From positions 136,617 to 200,616 of the forward strand of contig CAWFTF010000018.1 in assembly GCA_963818645.1 (NCBI GenBank): 64,000 nucleotides of DNA, given 5' to 3'. Each line of letters opens with the position of its first letter. Within the stretch, counting starts at the first letter, position 1. The position numbers were made by a program, and so were the translations under genes. Below are positions 24,064-35,399 of this stretch, in pieces. Origin of the DNA: an uncultured Acidobacteriota bacterium (GTDB taxonomy: Bacteria > Acidobacteriota > Vicinamibacteria > Vicinamibacterales > UBA2999). The notes under the pieces were generated by a model, which was not told where the DNA came from, made no database searches, and saw nothing but the letters and a program-made list of their open reading frames with translations.

Positions 24064-26212
24064 ATGAATCAGGCCGTCACACTCAGCGTCGACCAGGGCG
24101 TCGCGCTCATTCGCATCGACAACCCACCCGTCAACGCGCTCAGTCCCGAGGTGATCGACGGCCTCGGCGCCTCACTCGATCGCGCGTCTCGAGACGACTC
24201 GGTTCAGGCGATCGTCATCATCGGCGCGGGCCGGACGTTCATCGCAGGCGCAGACATCAAAGGACTCGAACAACTGGCGTGGGGCAGCGATTCCGGCGCA
24301 CCGGAGATGCACGATCTGCTGCAGAAGATGGAAGACACCCCCAAGCCGGTCGTCATGGCGATGCACGGCACCGCGCTCGGCGGGGGCCTCGAGGTCGCGA
24401 TGGCCGGGCACTACCGTGTCGCCGTGCCGGACGCGCAGATGGGACAGCCCGAGGTGAATCTCGGCATCATCCCTGGCGCCGAAGGAACGCAGCGACTTCC
24501 GCGGCTCGTGGGTCTCGAGAAAGCGATCGAGATGTGCGTCTCCGGCAAGCCGATCAAGGCCGCTGACGCGCTGAGCGCCGGGCTCATCGATCGCATCATC
24601 GAAGGCGACCTCGCCACCGGTGCGTCGGGCTTCGCGCGAGAGATGGCGGCACGCAAAGGTGCGTTGCCAAAGACGCGAGAGCGACAGGACAAGCTTCCAC
24701 CCGCAAGCGCGATCCCCGGGCTTGCTCGCAGCCGGTCGCGATCTCGCGCGCAAGACGCGACGCAACCTCGAAGCTCCCGTGGCGGCCGTCGACGCGCTCG
24801 AAGCTGCAGCCACGCTTCCGTTCGCCGAAGGGTGCGCACGCGAGCGGGACATCTTCTTTCAGCTCGCGAAGTCTGAACAGGCCAAGGCGCTCATCCACGC
24901 GTTCTTTGCCGAGCGCGGCGTTTCGAAGGTACCCGGCGTGTCGAAGGACACCGTCGCCGCACCGGTGAATCGCGTCGGCATCATTGGTGCGGGCACGATG
25001 GGTGGCGGCATCGCGATGGCGTGCGCCAATGCAGGAATCTCGGTGCGCCTCACGGATACCTCGCAAGAGGCGCTCGACAGAGGCATCGCCACGATTCGCA
25101 AGAACTACGACGTCTCCGTGAAACGCGGACGCTTCACCCCGGCGATGGTCGAAGAACGAATGAAGCGAATCTCCCCGCAGGTCGGCTACGACGCATTTGG
25201 CGACCTCGATCTGATCGTCGAAGCCGTGTTCGAGAACATGGCGCTCAAGACACAAATCGCCGGCTCGGTCGCCTCGTTGGGCAAACCGGAGCAGGTGTTT
25301 GCCACCAACACATCCACGCTCGACATCGACGAGATCGCCGCCGCAACCGGACGCGCGCCGAGCGTGCTCGGCCTGCACTTCTTCAGCCCGGCGAACGTCA
25401 TGCGCCTCGTGGAGATCGTCCGCGGCAAGGCCACGAGCCCCGAAACGCTGGCGACCGCCATGGCCGTCGCCAAGAAGCTCGGTAAAGTCGGCGTGGTCGT
25501 CGGCAACGGCCCGGGGTTCGTCGGCAATCGCATGATGTTCCCCTACATGTACGAGGCGCAGTTCCTCGTCGAAGACGGGGCGACGCCACAGCAGGTCGAT
25601 GACGCACTGACCGGCTTCGGCATGGCGATGGGCATGTTCGCCGTTGACGACATGGCCGGGCTCGACGTGGCATGGCGGGTGCGGCAGGAGCTGAATCAGT
25701 TCAGCGAACCGGGTGCGCGCAAGCCGCTCGTTGCCGATCGTCTGTGCGAAATGGGACGCTTCGGACAGAAGACCGGCAGGGGCTGGTACCTCTACGGCGA
25801 CGATCGCAAGCCGCAACCCGACCCTGAGGTCCTCGCGCTCATCGAGCAGCTTGCCGTAGCGAACGGCATCCGCCGGCGCTCGTTCACCAACGAAGAGATC
25901 ATCGAGCGGACGATCTACGCGCTGATCAACGAAGGCGCGCGCGTGCTGGACGAGGGCTATGCGCTTCGCGCGGCCGACATCGACGTCATTTACACCAACG
26001 GCTACGGCTTCCCCGCCTGGCGCGGCGGACCGATGTTCTACGCCGACCGCGTCGGCCTGAAGAAGATCTACGACCGTGTGTCTGCGTTCCATCAGGAACT
26101 GGGTCAGCGCTGGGCACCTGCGCCGCTCCTTGCAAAGCTGGCAAAGGAAGGGACCACGTTCAAGGAGCTGGACAAACGTCGCGCCGGCTCATTGGTTGGA
26201 GCGACCTCGTAG
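24064..26212 (+). CDS. Bifunctional enoyl-CoA hydratase / 3-hydroxyacyl-CoA dehydrogenase (FadB/PimF-like); frameshift near 24710
   Basis: 'DNPPVNAL', 'ALGGGLE', 'PEVNLGIIPGAEGTQRLPR', then 'GAGTMGGGIA', 'EAVFE', 'HFFSPANVM'. Confidence 0.93.
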
Positions 26213-26220
26213 CGGATTCC

Positions 26221-28079
26221 ATGGAATCCACCGCCCGCCGAATCAGGTCGGTCAACATCACCCCAATCGAGACGACGATCCGCCATGGATCCGATGGGGT
26301 CGTCTATCTATCGTCGCCGCAGGCGCTCGGCCCGTATCCCGATCGGATCACCGATCGACTCGAGCACTGGGCCAGAGAAGCTCCGGGCCGGGTCTTTCTC
26401 GCGCAGCGCGATCTGACTGGCGGCTGGCGCACGCTGACTTACGCGGACGCGTTCGACAGCGTCGGACGCATCTCGCAGTCGTTGCTCAATCGGAAGCTGT
26501 CGCCCGAACGGCCGATCCTGATCCTGTCGGGGAATGGGATCGATCATGCCCTGCTGGCGCTGGCGGCAATGCACGTCGGCGTTCCCTATGCGCCAATCGC
26601 GCCCGCGTACGCTCTGCAAGCCAGGGATTACGGCACGCTTCAGCAGATCTTCCATCGGCTCAAGCCCGGTCTCGTGTTCGCGGCCGAAGGCGCGGCTTTC
26701 GAGCGCGCGCTGTCTCAGGTGCTGCCGGCAGGCGTCGAGCTCGTGGTCTCGTCATCGTCGCCTGCAACCCTTGCGTCGACACCGTTCAGTGAGCTTCTCG
26801 CAACATCAGGAACAGGCATCGGTCAACGAGGCAAGGAATCTCGTCGGCCCCGACACCATCGCAAAGATCCTGTTCACCTCGGGATCCACCGGGAATCCGA
26901 AGGGTGTCATCAACACACAGCGGATGCTCTGCTCGAATCAGGAAATGATTCGAACCGTGATGGCGTTCCTCGCGGACGAGCCGCCAACGCTCTGTTGCTG
27001 GCTGCCGTGGAACCACACCGCCGGCGGCAACCACAACTTCGGCATCGTGCTCTACAACGGCGGCACGTTCTATATCGACGAAGGCAAGCCGACGCCGGGA
27101 CTCTTCGACGTGACGCTGCGCAACCTGCGTGAGATTCCTGCCGTCGCGCACTTCACCGTGCCGCGGACGTACGAGATGCTGCTGCCTCACCTCCGCAGCG
27201 ATGCCGTGCTCCGAGAGACCTTCTTCAAGAAGCTCAAACTCTATTTCTACGCCGCCGCCGGACTCGGCCAGCGATTCTGGGACGAGCTACGCGACCTGGC
27301 GATCGACGCGTGCGGCGAAGAGCTGCTGATCGTCACCGGCTTCGGCGCAACAGAGACCGCGCCCTTCGCCCTGACCACCGGCGGCTATGGCGCCGTCTCC
27401 GGCATGATCGGGTTGCCGTGCCCGGGCATGGAGCTCAAGCTCGCGCCGGCCGGCTCGAAAAAGGAAGCACGCGTGCGCGGCCCCAACATCACGCCTGGCT
27501 ACTGGGGCGATGAAGCCATGACGCAGGCGGCCTTCGACGAAGAGGGCTTACTACAAGCTGGGCGACGCGATGGACTTCGTCGATCCCGCCGATCCCAACA
27601 AGGGATTGATGTTCAACGGACGCCTGGCCGAGGACTTCAAGCTCTCCACCGGAACCTGGGTCAGCGTCGGGCCGTTGCGCTCGAAGATCCTGATGCAGGC
27701 CGCCGGCCTCGCTCAGGACGTCGTCATCGCGGGACACGACAGAGACTTTGCCGCAGCGATGGTCTTTCCAAACCTCGCGCGCTGCCGTGAGCTCGCCGGC
27801 AGCGTCTCTCCCGATGCTCCCGCGAGCGAGGTGCTTCGACACCCGGCGGTCGTCTCGCGATTCCAGACAATCTTCGACGAGCTCGCGCGACAGGCCACCG
27901 GGAGCTCCACATTCGTGTCGCGCGCGGCGCTTCTCGATGTGCCGCCGTCGCTCGACGCGCGAGAGATCACGGACAAAGGCTCGATCAATCAGAGGGCGGT
28001 GCTGCGCAATCGCGCCGCGCTCGTCGATGACATCTACTCCACTCCCCCGCCTGCGCACGTGATCCGGAGTGGGGTCTGA
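26221..28079 (+). CDS. fcs: Feruloyl-CoA synthetase (frameshifts near 26815 and 27545)
   Basis: 'LFTSGSTGNPKGVINTQRMLCSNQ', 'WLPWNHTAGGNHN', 'EDFKLSTGTWVSVG', 'EITDKGSINQRAVL'. Confidence 0.9.
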
Positions 28080-28083
28080 CCCC
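28071..28083. repeat. Short REP-like palindrome GGGGTCTGACCCC overlapping the fcs stop codon
   Basis: Perfect 6-bp inverted repeat around a single base. Confidence 0.5.
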
Positions 28084-28106
28084 TTCACACTTTTCCAGCG
28101 AGAGCG

Positions 28107-28976
28107 ATGATGGCACCCGCAGCGATCGACGTCGACCGAATAGTGGCGTTCGACGTCCACGTCCACCTCGAACACACCGGCGAGCAGACTGACGCCGACA
28201 AACACGCGGCCGCGTATTTCAAGGGCGGAGGCGCACGCGACGCCGCATCGCTGGCGGAGTATTACCGCTCTCGCAACATGGCGTGCGTCATCTTCACCGT
28301 GGACGAAACGCTCACCGGCACGCCGCGGCTCTCGAACGACGAGGTCGTCGAGTTCGCGCAGAAGAACGCCGACATCGCAATCCCGTTTGCCAGCATCAAC
28401 CCGACGCGCGGCGCCGAAGCCGTGCGCGAAGCGCGACGTCTGGTCAGCGCGGGAGCGATACGCGGTCTCAAGCTTCATCCACCGATTCAGGAGTTCTTCC
28501 CGAACGATCGCATCGCGTATCCGTTGTACGAAGTCTTCGCCGAAGCGAAGCTTCCGGTCGTCTTTCACACCGGACACAGCGGCATCGGCACGGGCATGCG
28601 GGGTGGCGGCGGTATCCGGTTGAAGTATGGCGACCCAATGCCAATCGACGATGTGGCGGTGGACTTTCCGGATATGCCGATCATCATGGCGCACCCGTCG
28701 TTCCCGTGGCAGGACGAGGCGATCTCGATCTGTCTGCACAAGCCGCAGGTCTACATCGACCTCTCAGGGTGGTCGCCGAAGTACTTCTCGCCGACGCTGG
28801 TGCAGTACGCGAACACGCTGCTGAAGAACAAGGTGATGTTCGGGTCGGACTATCCGCTGCTGACGCCTGACCGCTGGCTCGCGGACTTCGAGAAGCTGCC
28901 GATGCGGGATGAAGTGCGTCCGTTGATCCTGAAAGAGAACGCTATTCGATTGTTGGGATTGCGCGCAGCTTCGTAA
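28107..28976 (+). CDS. Amidohydrolase_2 family, CouO-like 4-hydroxyphenyl-beta-ketoacyl-CoA hydrolase
   Basis: 'DVHVH', 'KLHP', 'FHTGHSGIGTG', 'AHPSFPWQDEA', 'DLSGWSPKYF', 'FGSDYP'; follows fcs. Confidence 0.85.
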   Translation: MMAPAAIDVDRIVAFDVHVHLEHTGEQTDADKHAAAYFKGGGARDAASLAEYYRSRNMACVIFTVDETLTGTPRLSNDEVVEFAQKNADIAIPFASINPTRGAEAVREARRLVSAGAIRGLKLHPPIQEFFPNDRIAYPLYEVFAEAKLPVVFHTGHSGIGTGMRGGGGIRLKYGDPMPIDDVAVDFPDMPIIMAHPSFPWQDEAISICLHKPQVYIDLSGWSPKYFSPTLVQYANTLLKNKVMFGSDYPLLTPDRWLADFEKLPMRDEVRPLILKENAIRLLGLRAAS

Positions 28977-29081
28977 CCATGACCATGCGAATCCGACGAA
29001 CGCTGTCAAGCCAAGTCAGCGTGAATCGCCCGAAAAACAGGACATAATGCATCCGGACCTGCGAGGCTGGAGACACGCGAG

Positions 29082-29885
29082 ATGCTGACACGAGTAGACC
29101 GTCTGTTCACGATCCTGGCGTGCATTGGCATCGCTGTGGCGCTCACTTTCGTCGACACGTCCGCACAGTACTTGAAGTATCGCGACCCGAAGACGCCGCG
29201 CAACGCCGACGGCACACCGAACATGACGGCGCCGGCGCCGCGACTCGCGGATGGCAAGCCGGATCTCGGCGGGCTGTGGAACGCGACCGACGGTCGATTC
29301 CTGACCAACCTCAGTAAGCGCGCAGGGATCGATCCAGGGTTCACGCCATGGGCGGCGGCGCTCTTCAAGGAGCGCCAGGAAAACGAAGGACGCGACCGGC
29401 CCGCAGGTCGATGCCTGCCGCACACGATTCCCAACGCCATGCTGGTGCCGAACTATCCGTGGAAGGTCGTTCAGACACCGGGGCTCACGATCATCCTGTT
29501 CGAGAACTTCACCCAGTACCGTCAGATCTTCACCGACGGGCGCGACTACCCCACTGAACGTCAGCCCGCGTGGTTCGGCTACTCCCTCGGCAAATGGGAC
29601 GGCGACACGTTCGTGGTCGAGACTCTCGGGTTCAACGACCAGAGCTGGCTCGATGACGGGGGGCATCCACGCAGTGAGGAGATGCGGACGACGGAGCGGT
29701 TCCGCCGCATCGACTACGGCCACCTCGAGGTGGAGTTCACGTTCAACGATCCCAAGGCGTACACGAAGCCATGGTCGGTGACCGTGCCGTTCATCCTGCT
29801 GCCTGATACCGACATCATCGAGAACATCTGCGAGAACGAGAAGGACGTCGAACACGTCTTCTTCGGGGGCCTGAAGCCGAAGTAG
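29082..29885 (+). CDS. Secreted conserved hypothetical protein (paralogue of 50695-51468)
   Basis: Signal peptide; 'DGKPDLGGLW', 'RQIFTDGR', 'GYSLGKWDGDTFVVET.GF', 'ERFRR', 'ENICENE'. Confidence 0.85.
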   Translation: MLTRVDRLFTILACIGIAVALTFVDTSAQYLKYRDPKTPRNADGTPNMTAPAPRLADGKPDLGGLWNATDGRFLTNLSKRAGIDPGFTPWAAALFKERQENEGRDRPAGRCLPHTIPNAMLVPNYPWKVVQTPGLTIILFENFTQYRQIFTDGRDYPTERQPAWFGYSLGKWDGDTFVVETLGFNDQSWLDDGGHPRSEEMRTTERFRRIDYGHLEVEFTFNDPKAYTKPWSVTVPFILLPDTDIIENICENEKDVEHVFFGGLKPK

Positions 29886-29897
29886 TGGTCTCGACGC

Positions 29898-30614
29898 ATG
29901 CAGGTTCTGGTTCTCAGCCTTCTTCTCGCCGCCGCACCGGGCTTCGCGCAGACCGACGGCAAGGACCCCGACAAGCTGTACGCCGATCGCGAGCAGTTGT
30001 CGAGCGCGCGGCAAGCCGCTGATATCTGGGAGGCGCGACTCACCGCCAACCCGAAAGACTTCGAGTCTGCGTGGAAGCTGGCGCGCGCGTGCTACTGGCT
30101 GGGTGGGCACGTTCCCGCTGACGAACAAAAGCAGCAGTACGAGCGCGGCATCACGGCGGCGACACGCGCCGTCGAGCTCGAGCCCAACAAACCCGATGGC
30201 CATTTCTGGATGGCCGCGGACATGGGAGCGATGGCCGAGTCGTTCGGTCTGCGCGCCGGAATCCGCTATCGCGGTCCCATCAAGAACGAGCTCGAGACGG
30301 TGCTCAAGCTCGATCCCTCCTATCAGCAGGGATCGGCGGATCGAGCGCTCGGACGCTGGTACTTCCGCGTCCCTCGCCTGTTCGGCGGCAGCAGGGACAA
30401 GGCCGTCGAACACCTGAAGCAGTCGCTGACGCACGCCCCGCAGAGCACCGCCACGCACTTCTTTCTCGCCGAAACCTATCTCGATATGGACAAGCAGGAC
30501 GATGCGCGTCGCGAGGCCCAGATCGTGCTCGACGCCCCGCTCCACCCCGATTGGTCGCCCGAGGATCGCGAGTTCAAGCAGAAGGCGAAGGACCTGCTCC
30601 AGAAGATCAAGTAG
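29898..30614 (+). CDS. Secreted TPR protein (TatT-component-like)
   Basis: Signal peptide, TPR helices, 'RALGRWYFRVPRLFGGS'. Confidence 0.75.
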   Translation: MQVLVLSLLLAAAPGFAQTDGKDPDKLYADREQLSSARQAADIWEARLTANPKDFESAWKLARACYWLGGHVPADEQKQQYERGITAATRAVELEPNKPDGHFWMAADMGAMAESFGLRAGIRYRGPIKNELETVLKLDPSYQQGSADRALGRWYFRVPRLFGGSRDKAVEHLKQSLTHAPQSTATHFFLAETYLDMDKQDDARREAQIVLDAPLHPDWSPEDREFKQKAKDLLQKIK

Positions 30615-30679
30615 ACGCGAGCCCCGGGGTTGAATTCCTGCCCAAAGCGTGAAATCGTACGCGCCCCAGGGGAGGCATC

Positions 30680-31138
30680 ATGACTCGAGCGACTCGCGTA
30701 CTGGCTCTCGCACTCTCCACGCTGATGCTCGCACCGGCACTTGGCTCGGCGCAGCAGACCGTCGGCCCAGGCGTGGAATTCACCGCACCCGACAAGATCA
30801 AGTGGGTCAAGAACGCGGCCGGCACACAGGAAACGGCCGTTCTGGCCGGCGACCCCGACAAGGCCGGCCCGTACGTGATCCGACTGCGATGGCTGCCCGG
30901 CAACATGAGCCGTCCGCACTTCCACCCCAACGATCGCCACTTCGTGGTCGTCGAGGGCACGTGGTGGCTCGGCGCAGGTGAGAAATACGACCCCGACCAC
31001 ACCACGCCGGTGGGTCCTGGCACGTATGTGTTCCACAAAGCCGGCGCGATCCACTACGACGGCGCCAAGAAGGAACCGGTCGTCATCCAGGTGTGGGGAA
31101 TGGGTCCGAACACCTCGACCCCTGCCGAAAAGAAGTGA
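30680..31138 (+). CDS. Secreted cupin-domain protein (DUF4437-like)
   Basis: 'PHFHPNDR', 'VVEGTWWLG', 'IHYDG'; signal peptide; SD GGAGG. Confidence 0.85.
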   Translation: MTRATRVLALALSTLMLAPALGSAQQTVGPGVEFTAPDKIKWVKNAAGTQETAVLAGDPDKAGPYVIRLRWLPGNMSRPHFHPNDRHFVVVEGTWWLGAGEKYDPDHTTPVGPGTYVFHKAGAIHYDGAKKEPVVIQVWGMGPNTSTPAEKK

Positions 31139-31146
31139 CCATCGTT

Positions 31147-31226
31147 AACTGCCAACTCCCAACTTCCAACTCCCAAGGGCTCGTGTTGGGAGTTGGGACA
31201 AGAATCAGATTGGGCGTTGGGAGTTG
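31147..31226. repeat. Inverted pair of heptamer arrays, (AACTCCC)n / (TTGGGAG)n
   Basis: aactgcc-aactccc-aacttcc-aactccc ... ttgggag-ttgggac ... ttgggcg-ttgggag-ttg. Confidence 0.88.
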
Positions 31227-32529
31227 ACAAGTTCTCGGTCCCCGACGACCGCCCTCCTTCTCGGGCTCGTCATCACGCTCGCAACGGTCGTCGCGTATTC
31301 CTGGTACATCTCCGGCCAGATCTCTGGCCTCCGTCGTCTTCAGACCGAGCTCACCGATCGCAATCGTCGCGACTCGCTGCAACTGCTGCGCATTCAGAAC
31401 GATCTCAATCAGCTCGCGCTCGCCATGCGCGACATGCTCGATGCCGCCGAGCCCTATCCCCTCACCGCGTGGTCCACGCAATTCGATCGCATTCGCCTCG
31501 ATTTGGACGATGCATTGAAGCAGCAGGGAGCGGTGGCACTGGCGCGTCAGACACCGGAGCAGAGTGAGTTCCTGGCCACCTCGCTCAAGCAGTTCTGGGA
31601 CGCATCGGATCGCATCTTCGAGCTCGCGCGCACGAACGAAGCGGAAGCGCGTACGCAGATTCAGCTGTCGCTTCAAGCGCGACAAGCCGCTCTCAGCACT
31701 GCTGTCGCCCGGCTGCTCGTGCGGAACAACGAGGCCGAAGAGCAAACGGCGCAGCAGGTGCAGGACATCTACCGCCGGGTGCAGCGCCAGGTCTACTGGT
31801 TCCTCGCCGCAACGCTGGCGGCCATCGTCGCAACGAGCCTCTACCTGATTCGCTCGAATCGCCTGCTGTTCGCACGTCTCGCGACGCTCTCGGACGAGCG
31901 GCGCGAGCTGGCGCAGACCCTGATCGCCACGCGCGAGTCGACGCTCCGTGAGATCTCGCGCGAGCTTCACGACGAGTTCGGACAGATTCTCACCGCCATC
32001 GGCTCGATGCTCGGGAGGGCCGGCAAACACGCGCCCGAAGGGTCGACGCTGCGAGCCGACCTGCGCGAAATCGGCGAGGTGGCTCAGACGGCGCTCGACA
32101 ACGTCCGCGGTCTGTCACAGACGCTGCATCCGTCCATCCTCGAGGAACTCGGCCTCGCCAGCACGATCGACTGGTATCTCTCGACGGTCGAGAAGCAGCT
32201 CGGTATTCACGTCGCGCTCGAGACAGCGGGGCACGTCGCGGCAGGTCGATTCGACCAGGGCCATCCACGTGTATCGCGTGCTGCAGGAGGCGTTGAGCAA
32301 TGTGGCGCGCCACTCCGGCACCGATCGCGCGGTCGTGCGCCTGGGCTTCGAGCCGGATAGACTGGAGATGGACGTCGAAGACCACGGCAAGGGGATCAAT
32401 CCGGATACCGCGCGGCGTGGGCTTGGCCTGGTGGCGATGCGCGAGCGCGCGGCCATCGTCGGTGGCACGATCGACTTCCTGACACCTTCGCAGGGCGGCA
32501 CGCTGGTTCGATTCTCGATGCCGTTGTAG
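31224..32529 (+). CDS. Membrane sensor histidine kinase (HisKA_3/NarX-type); frameshift near 32235
   Basis: Two transmembrane segments, 'RELHDEFGQ' H-box, 'QEALSNVARHS', 'DHGKG', 'GLGLVAMRERA'. Confidence 0.92.
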
Positions 32530-32531
32530 AG

Positions 32532-33168
32532 ATGACTGACAGGATCACCGTTCTTCTGGCAGACGATCACGCGCTCGTTCGACGGGGATTTCGGCGCATC
32601 CTCGAGGACGATCCCTCCATCGAAGTCGTTGGCGAGGCGAGCAACGGCGAAGAAGCCATTCGACTCTTCGGCGAGCTCAAGCCGAAAGTCGTGGTCATGG
32701 ACGCCGCCATGCCGGGGACAGGCGGTCTCGCCGCGACGCGCACCATTCTTTCGAGCCAGCCTGACGCGACGATCCTCATGCTGAGCATGCACTCCGAGGA
32801 GACGCTCGTGAAACAGGCCATGGCCGCAGGGGCGCGCGGTTACATCCTGAAGAACGCTGTCGACCTCGATCTCGCTGCGGCGGTCAAACGTGCCGCGGCC
32901 GGCGAAACGGTTCTCGATCCCGACAGTCGTCAAGCCTGCGCCCCTGGCGGGCGAGCGCGCACGGCGTCTGACGCCGCGCGAAACAGAAGTGCTCCAGTTG
33001 ATTTGTAACGGGCTCTCGAATCGCGAGATTGCTGCGCAGCTCGACCTCAGCGTGAACACCGTCGCCGTGCATCGCGCCAACATCATGAACGCGCTGGGTG
33101 TCCACAAGACTGCCGAGCTCGTCGTCTACGCACTGCAGCACGGCCTCGTCAACCCACTGCAACAGTGA
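32532..33168 (+). CDS. NarL/LuxR-family response regulator; frameshift near 32920
   Basis: 'LADDHALVRRG', 'GYILK', HTH 'LTPRETEVLQLI..GLSNREIA..L'. Confidence 0.93.
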
Positions 33169-34874
33169 CCCTTCGACATACTCAGGGTCACTCCGACCGG
33201 CGCGATTTCCTGCGTCATGTCACCGCTGGAGCGGCGGCGGCGCTGCTGCCGGCTTCTCTTCACGCTCAGACCCTCGGCTTTCGGCTCGTTGACGCAACGG
33301 CGTCGGCTGGCCTCCAGTTTCGACACAACAGCGGCGCGTACGGCGGAAAGCTTCTCCCCGAGACGATGGGATCCGGGTGTGCGTTCATCGACTACGACGG
33401 CGATGGGTGGCAGGACATCCTGCTGATCAACGGCATGGACTGGCCCGGGCACGCCAAACAGCGATCGAGCCTGAAGCTCTATCGCAACAACCGGAACGGA
33501 ACGTTCACGGACGTGACACGCGCGGCGGGCCTTGACGTCGAGATGTACGGCATGGGCGTTGCCGTCGGCGATTTCAACAACGACGGGTTCCCTGACGTCT
33601 TCATCACGTGCGTTGGGCAGAACCGGCTGTTTCGCAACACGGGCAAGGGGACGTTCGTGGACGTGACGCGGGCGAGCGGCCTCGGCGGGCGCGACGCGTT
33701 CAGCACGTCGGCCATGTGGATCGACTTCGATCGCGACGGCCGCCTCGATCTCTTCGTGTGCAACTACGTCCGATGGACGGCGGCGCACGACGTGTTCTGC
33801 AGTCTTGACGGCAAGCAGAAGTCGTACTGCACGCCGGAGGCGTATCGCGGCGAGACCTGCTGGCTGTTTCGCAACCGTGGCGATGGCACCTTCGAAGACG
33901 TGACGGCGACGTGCGGCATTTTCGACTCGAGCTCCAAGTCGCTCGGCGTCGCACTGATCGATGACGACCAGGACGGGTGGCCCGATATCTTCGTCGCCAA
34001 CGACACACAGCCCAACAAGCTCTATCGCAACCTGCGCAACGGCAAGTTCCGTGACGTTGCGCTCGAAGCCGGAGTGGCCCTCAGCGAGGACGGCAAGGCA
34101 CGGGCGGGCATGGGCGTCGACGCCGCCGACTTCGATGGGAGTGGCCGGCCAGGCCTGGCCATCACGAATTTCGACAACGAGATGATCGGACTGTACCGGC
34201 CGCAGTCCGGCGGTGCGTTTCTCGATGTGTCCAGCCGGTCAGGCGTCGGGGTCGCCTCACTCACGCGGCTGGGCTTCGGCTGCGTCTTCGCCGATCTCGA
34301 TCTCGATGGTGCGCTCGATCTCGTCGTCGCCAACGGGCACATCGACGAGACCGTGAGGAACATCCGCGGAAACGTCGGCTACGCACAAGCGCCGCTGCTC
34401 TTCCTGAACCAGGGCGGCGCGACATTTCGTGACGTCGCCAGCGTGGCAGGCAGCGGCTTCGCGCAGGCACGCGTCGGTCGCGGTCTGGCGTGCGGCGATT
34501 TCGATCGCGACGGCGACGTCGATCTGTTGATGACGACCAACAACGGACCCGCCGTGCTCTTTCGCAACGACCAGTCCGCTGGCAATCGTAGCGTGCGCCT
34601 CAGGCTGATCGGCACGCAGTCCAATCGCGACGCCATCGGCGCAACCGTTCGCATCTATCACGGCGGCACGAGTCAGTCACGCGTAGTGCGCAGCGGGTCG
34701 AGCTATCTGTCGCAGTCCGAGTTACCGGTCACTTTCGGCGTCGGCAAGCGAGACGTCATCGATCGCGTCACGATCGCGTGGCCGAACGGACGAGCCGAGG
34801 AGTTCACCAAGGTCGCGACTGGGAAGCAATACGACTGTATCGAGGGCAAGGGAATCTCGGAGAGCCCACGGTAG
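33165..34874 (+). CDS. CRTAC1/ASPIC-UnbV family FG-GAP repeat protein with Tat signal
   Basis: 'DRRDFL' twin-arginine motif, repeated D-x-D-x-D-G motifs, 'SNRDAIGA', 'SYLSQS...FG'. Confidence 0.9.
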   Translation: MTLRHTQGHSDRRDFLRHVTAGAAAALLPASLHAQTLGFRLVDATASAGLQFRHNSGAYGGKLLPETMGSGCAFIDYDGDGWQDILLINGMDWPGHAKQRSSLKLYRNNRNGTFTDVTRAAGLDVEMYGMGVAVGDFNNDGFPDVFITCVGQNRLFRNTGKGTFVDVTRASGLGGRDAFSTSAMWIDFDRDGRLDLFVCNYVRWTAAHDVFCSLDGKQKSYCTPEAYRGETCWLFRNRGDGTFEDVTATCGIFDSSSKSLGVALIDDDQDGWPDIFVANDTQPNKLYRNLRNGKFRDVALEAGVALSEDGKARAGMGVDAADFDGSGRPGLAITNFDNEMIGLYRPQSGGAFLDVSSRSGVGVASLTRLGFGCVFADLDLDGALDLVVANGHIDETVRNIRGNVGYAQAPLLFLNQGGATFRDVASVAGSGFAQARVGRGLACGDFDRDGDVDLLMTTNNGPAVLFRNDQSAGNRSVRLRLIGTQSNRDAIGATVRIYHGGTSQSRVVRSGSSYLSQSELPVTFGVGKRDVIDRVTIAWPNGRAEEFTKVATGKQYDCIEGKGISESPR

Positions 34875-34979
34875 CAACTCCCAATTTCCAACTTCCAACT
34901 TCCAACTTCCAACTTCCAACTTCCAACTTCCAACTCCCAACTCCCAATCTCAGAACGCCAAATCCCAATTCCCAACTGC
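34875..34979 (+). repeat. 15-unit heptamer array (CAACTYC)n
   Basis: caactcc caatttc (caacttc)x6 caactcc caactcc caatctc agaacgc caaatcc caattcc caactgc, starting immediately after the TAG stop. Confidence 0.97.
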
Positions 34980-34998
34980 TGACTCTCCCAAGGTGGCT

Positions 34999-35014
34999 TG
35001 GCACTGCCGGTGCA
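34999..35014 (+). promoter_or_regulatory. Putative sigma-54 (-24/-12) motif upstream of the four-helix-bundle gene
   Basis: TGGCACTGCCGGTGCA has GG-N10-GC spacing and a TGGCAC core. Confidence 0.5.
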
Positions 35015-35021
35015 TCGATTC

Positions 35022-35399
35022 ATGGGAGCGTCAGACTGGATACCTCAGAAACCGTTCGATCTTCGTGAGCGTTTGCTCGAGTTTGCTTGTCTCATCGTCC
35101 GGGTGGTGCAGTTTCTCCACACTCGTGGTCCGGTGGCCGCGGCACTTTCGTATCAGTTGCTGAAGTGCGGCACGTCGGCCGGCGCCAACTTTGAAGAAGC
35201 AGACGATGGGAGCAGCCCTCGGGACACCGCCGCAAAACGGAAGATCACGCTTCGAGAACTTAAGGAGACCAAGTTTCGTCTTCGAGTTCTCAGACGATGT
35301 GACATGTTGACGCGGGATCAGGATCCGGTCATCAATGAATCGGACGAGCTGATCCGGATCGTCGCGACCTTGCTCCGAAATGCTCCGCCTCGAAGATGA
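35022..35399 (+). CDS. Four-helix-bundle protein (TIGR02436 / 23S rRNA intervening-sequence protein family, Avd-like)
   Basis: 125 aa, 'DLRERLLEFA..IV', 'QLLKCGTSAGANFEEA...S..D...K..I.LRELKET..RL', 'ESDELIRI'. Confidence 0.9.
   Translation: MGASDWIPQKPFDLRERLLEFACLIVRVVQFLHTRGPVAAALSYQLLKCGTSAGANFEEADDGSSPRDTAAKRKITLRELKETKFRLRVLRRCDMLTRDQDPVINESDELIRIVATLLRNAPPRR

Noticed and set aside
34703-35068. ORFs with 'SWKLEVG' or 'NFQLPTS' peptide repeats (also near 36296-36674 and 53480)
   Set aside because: They are translations of the non-coding heptamer arrays, not credible proteins.
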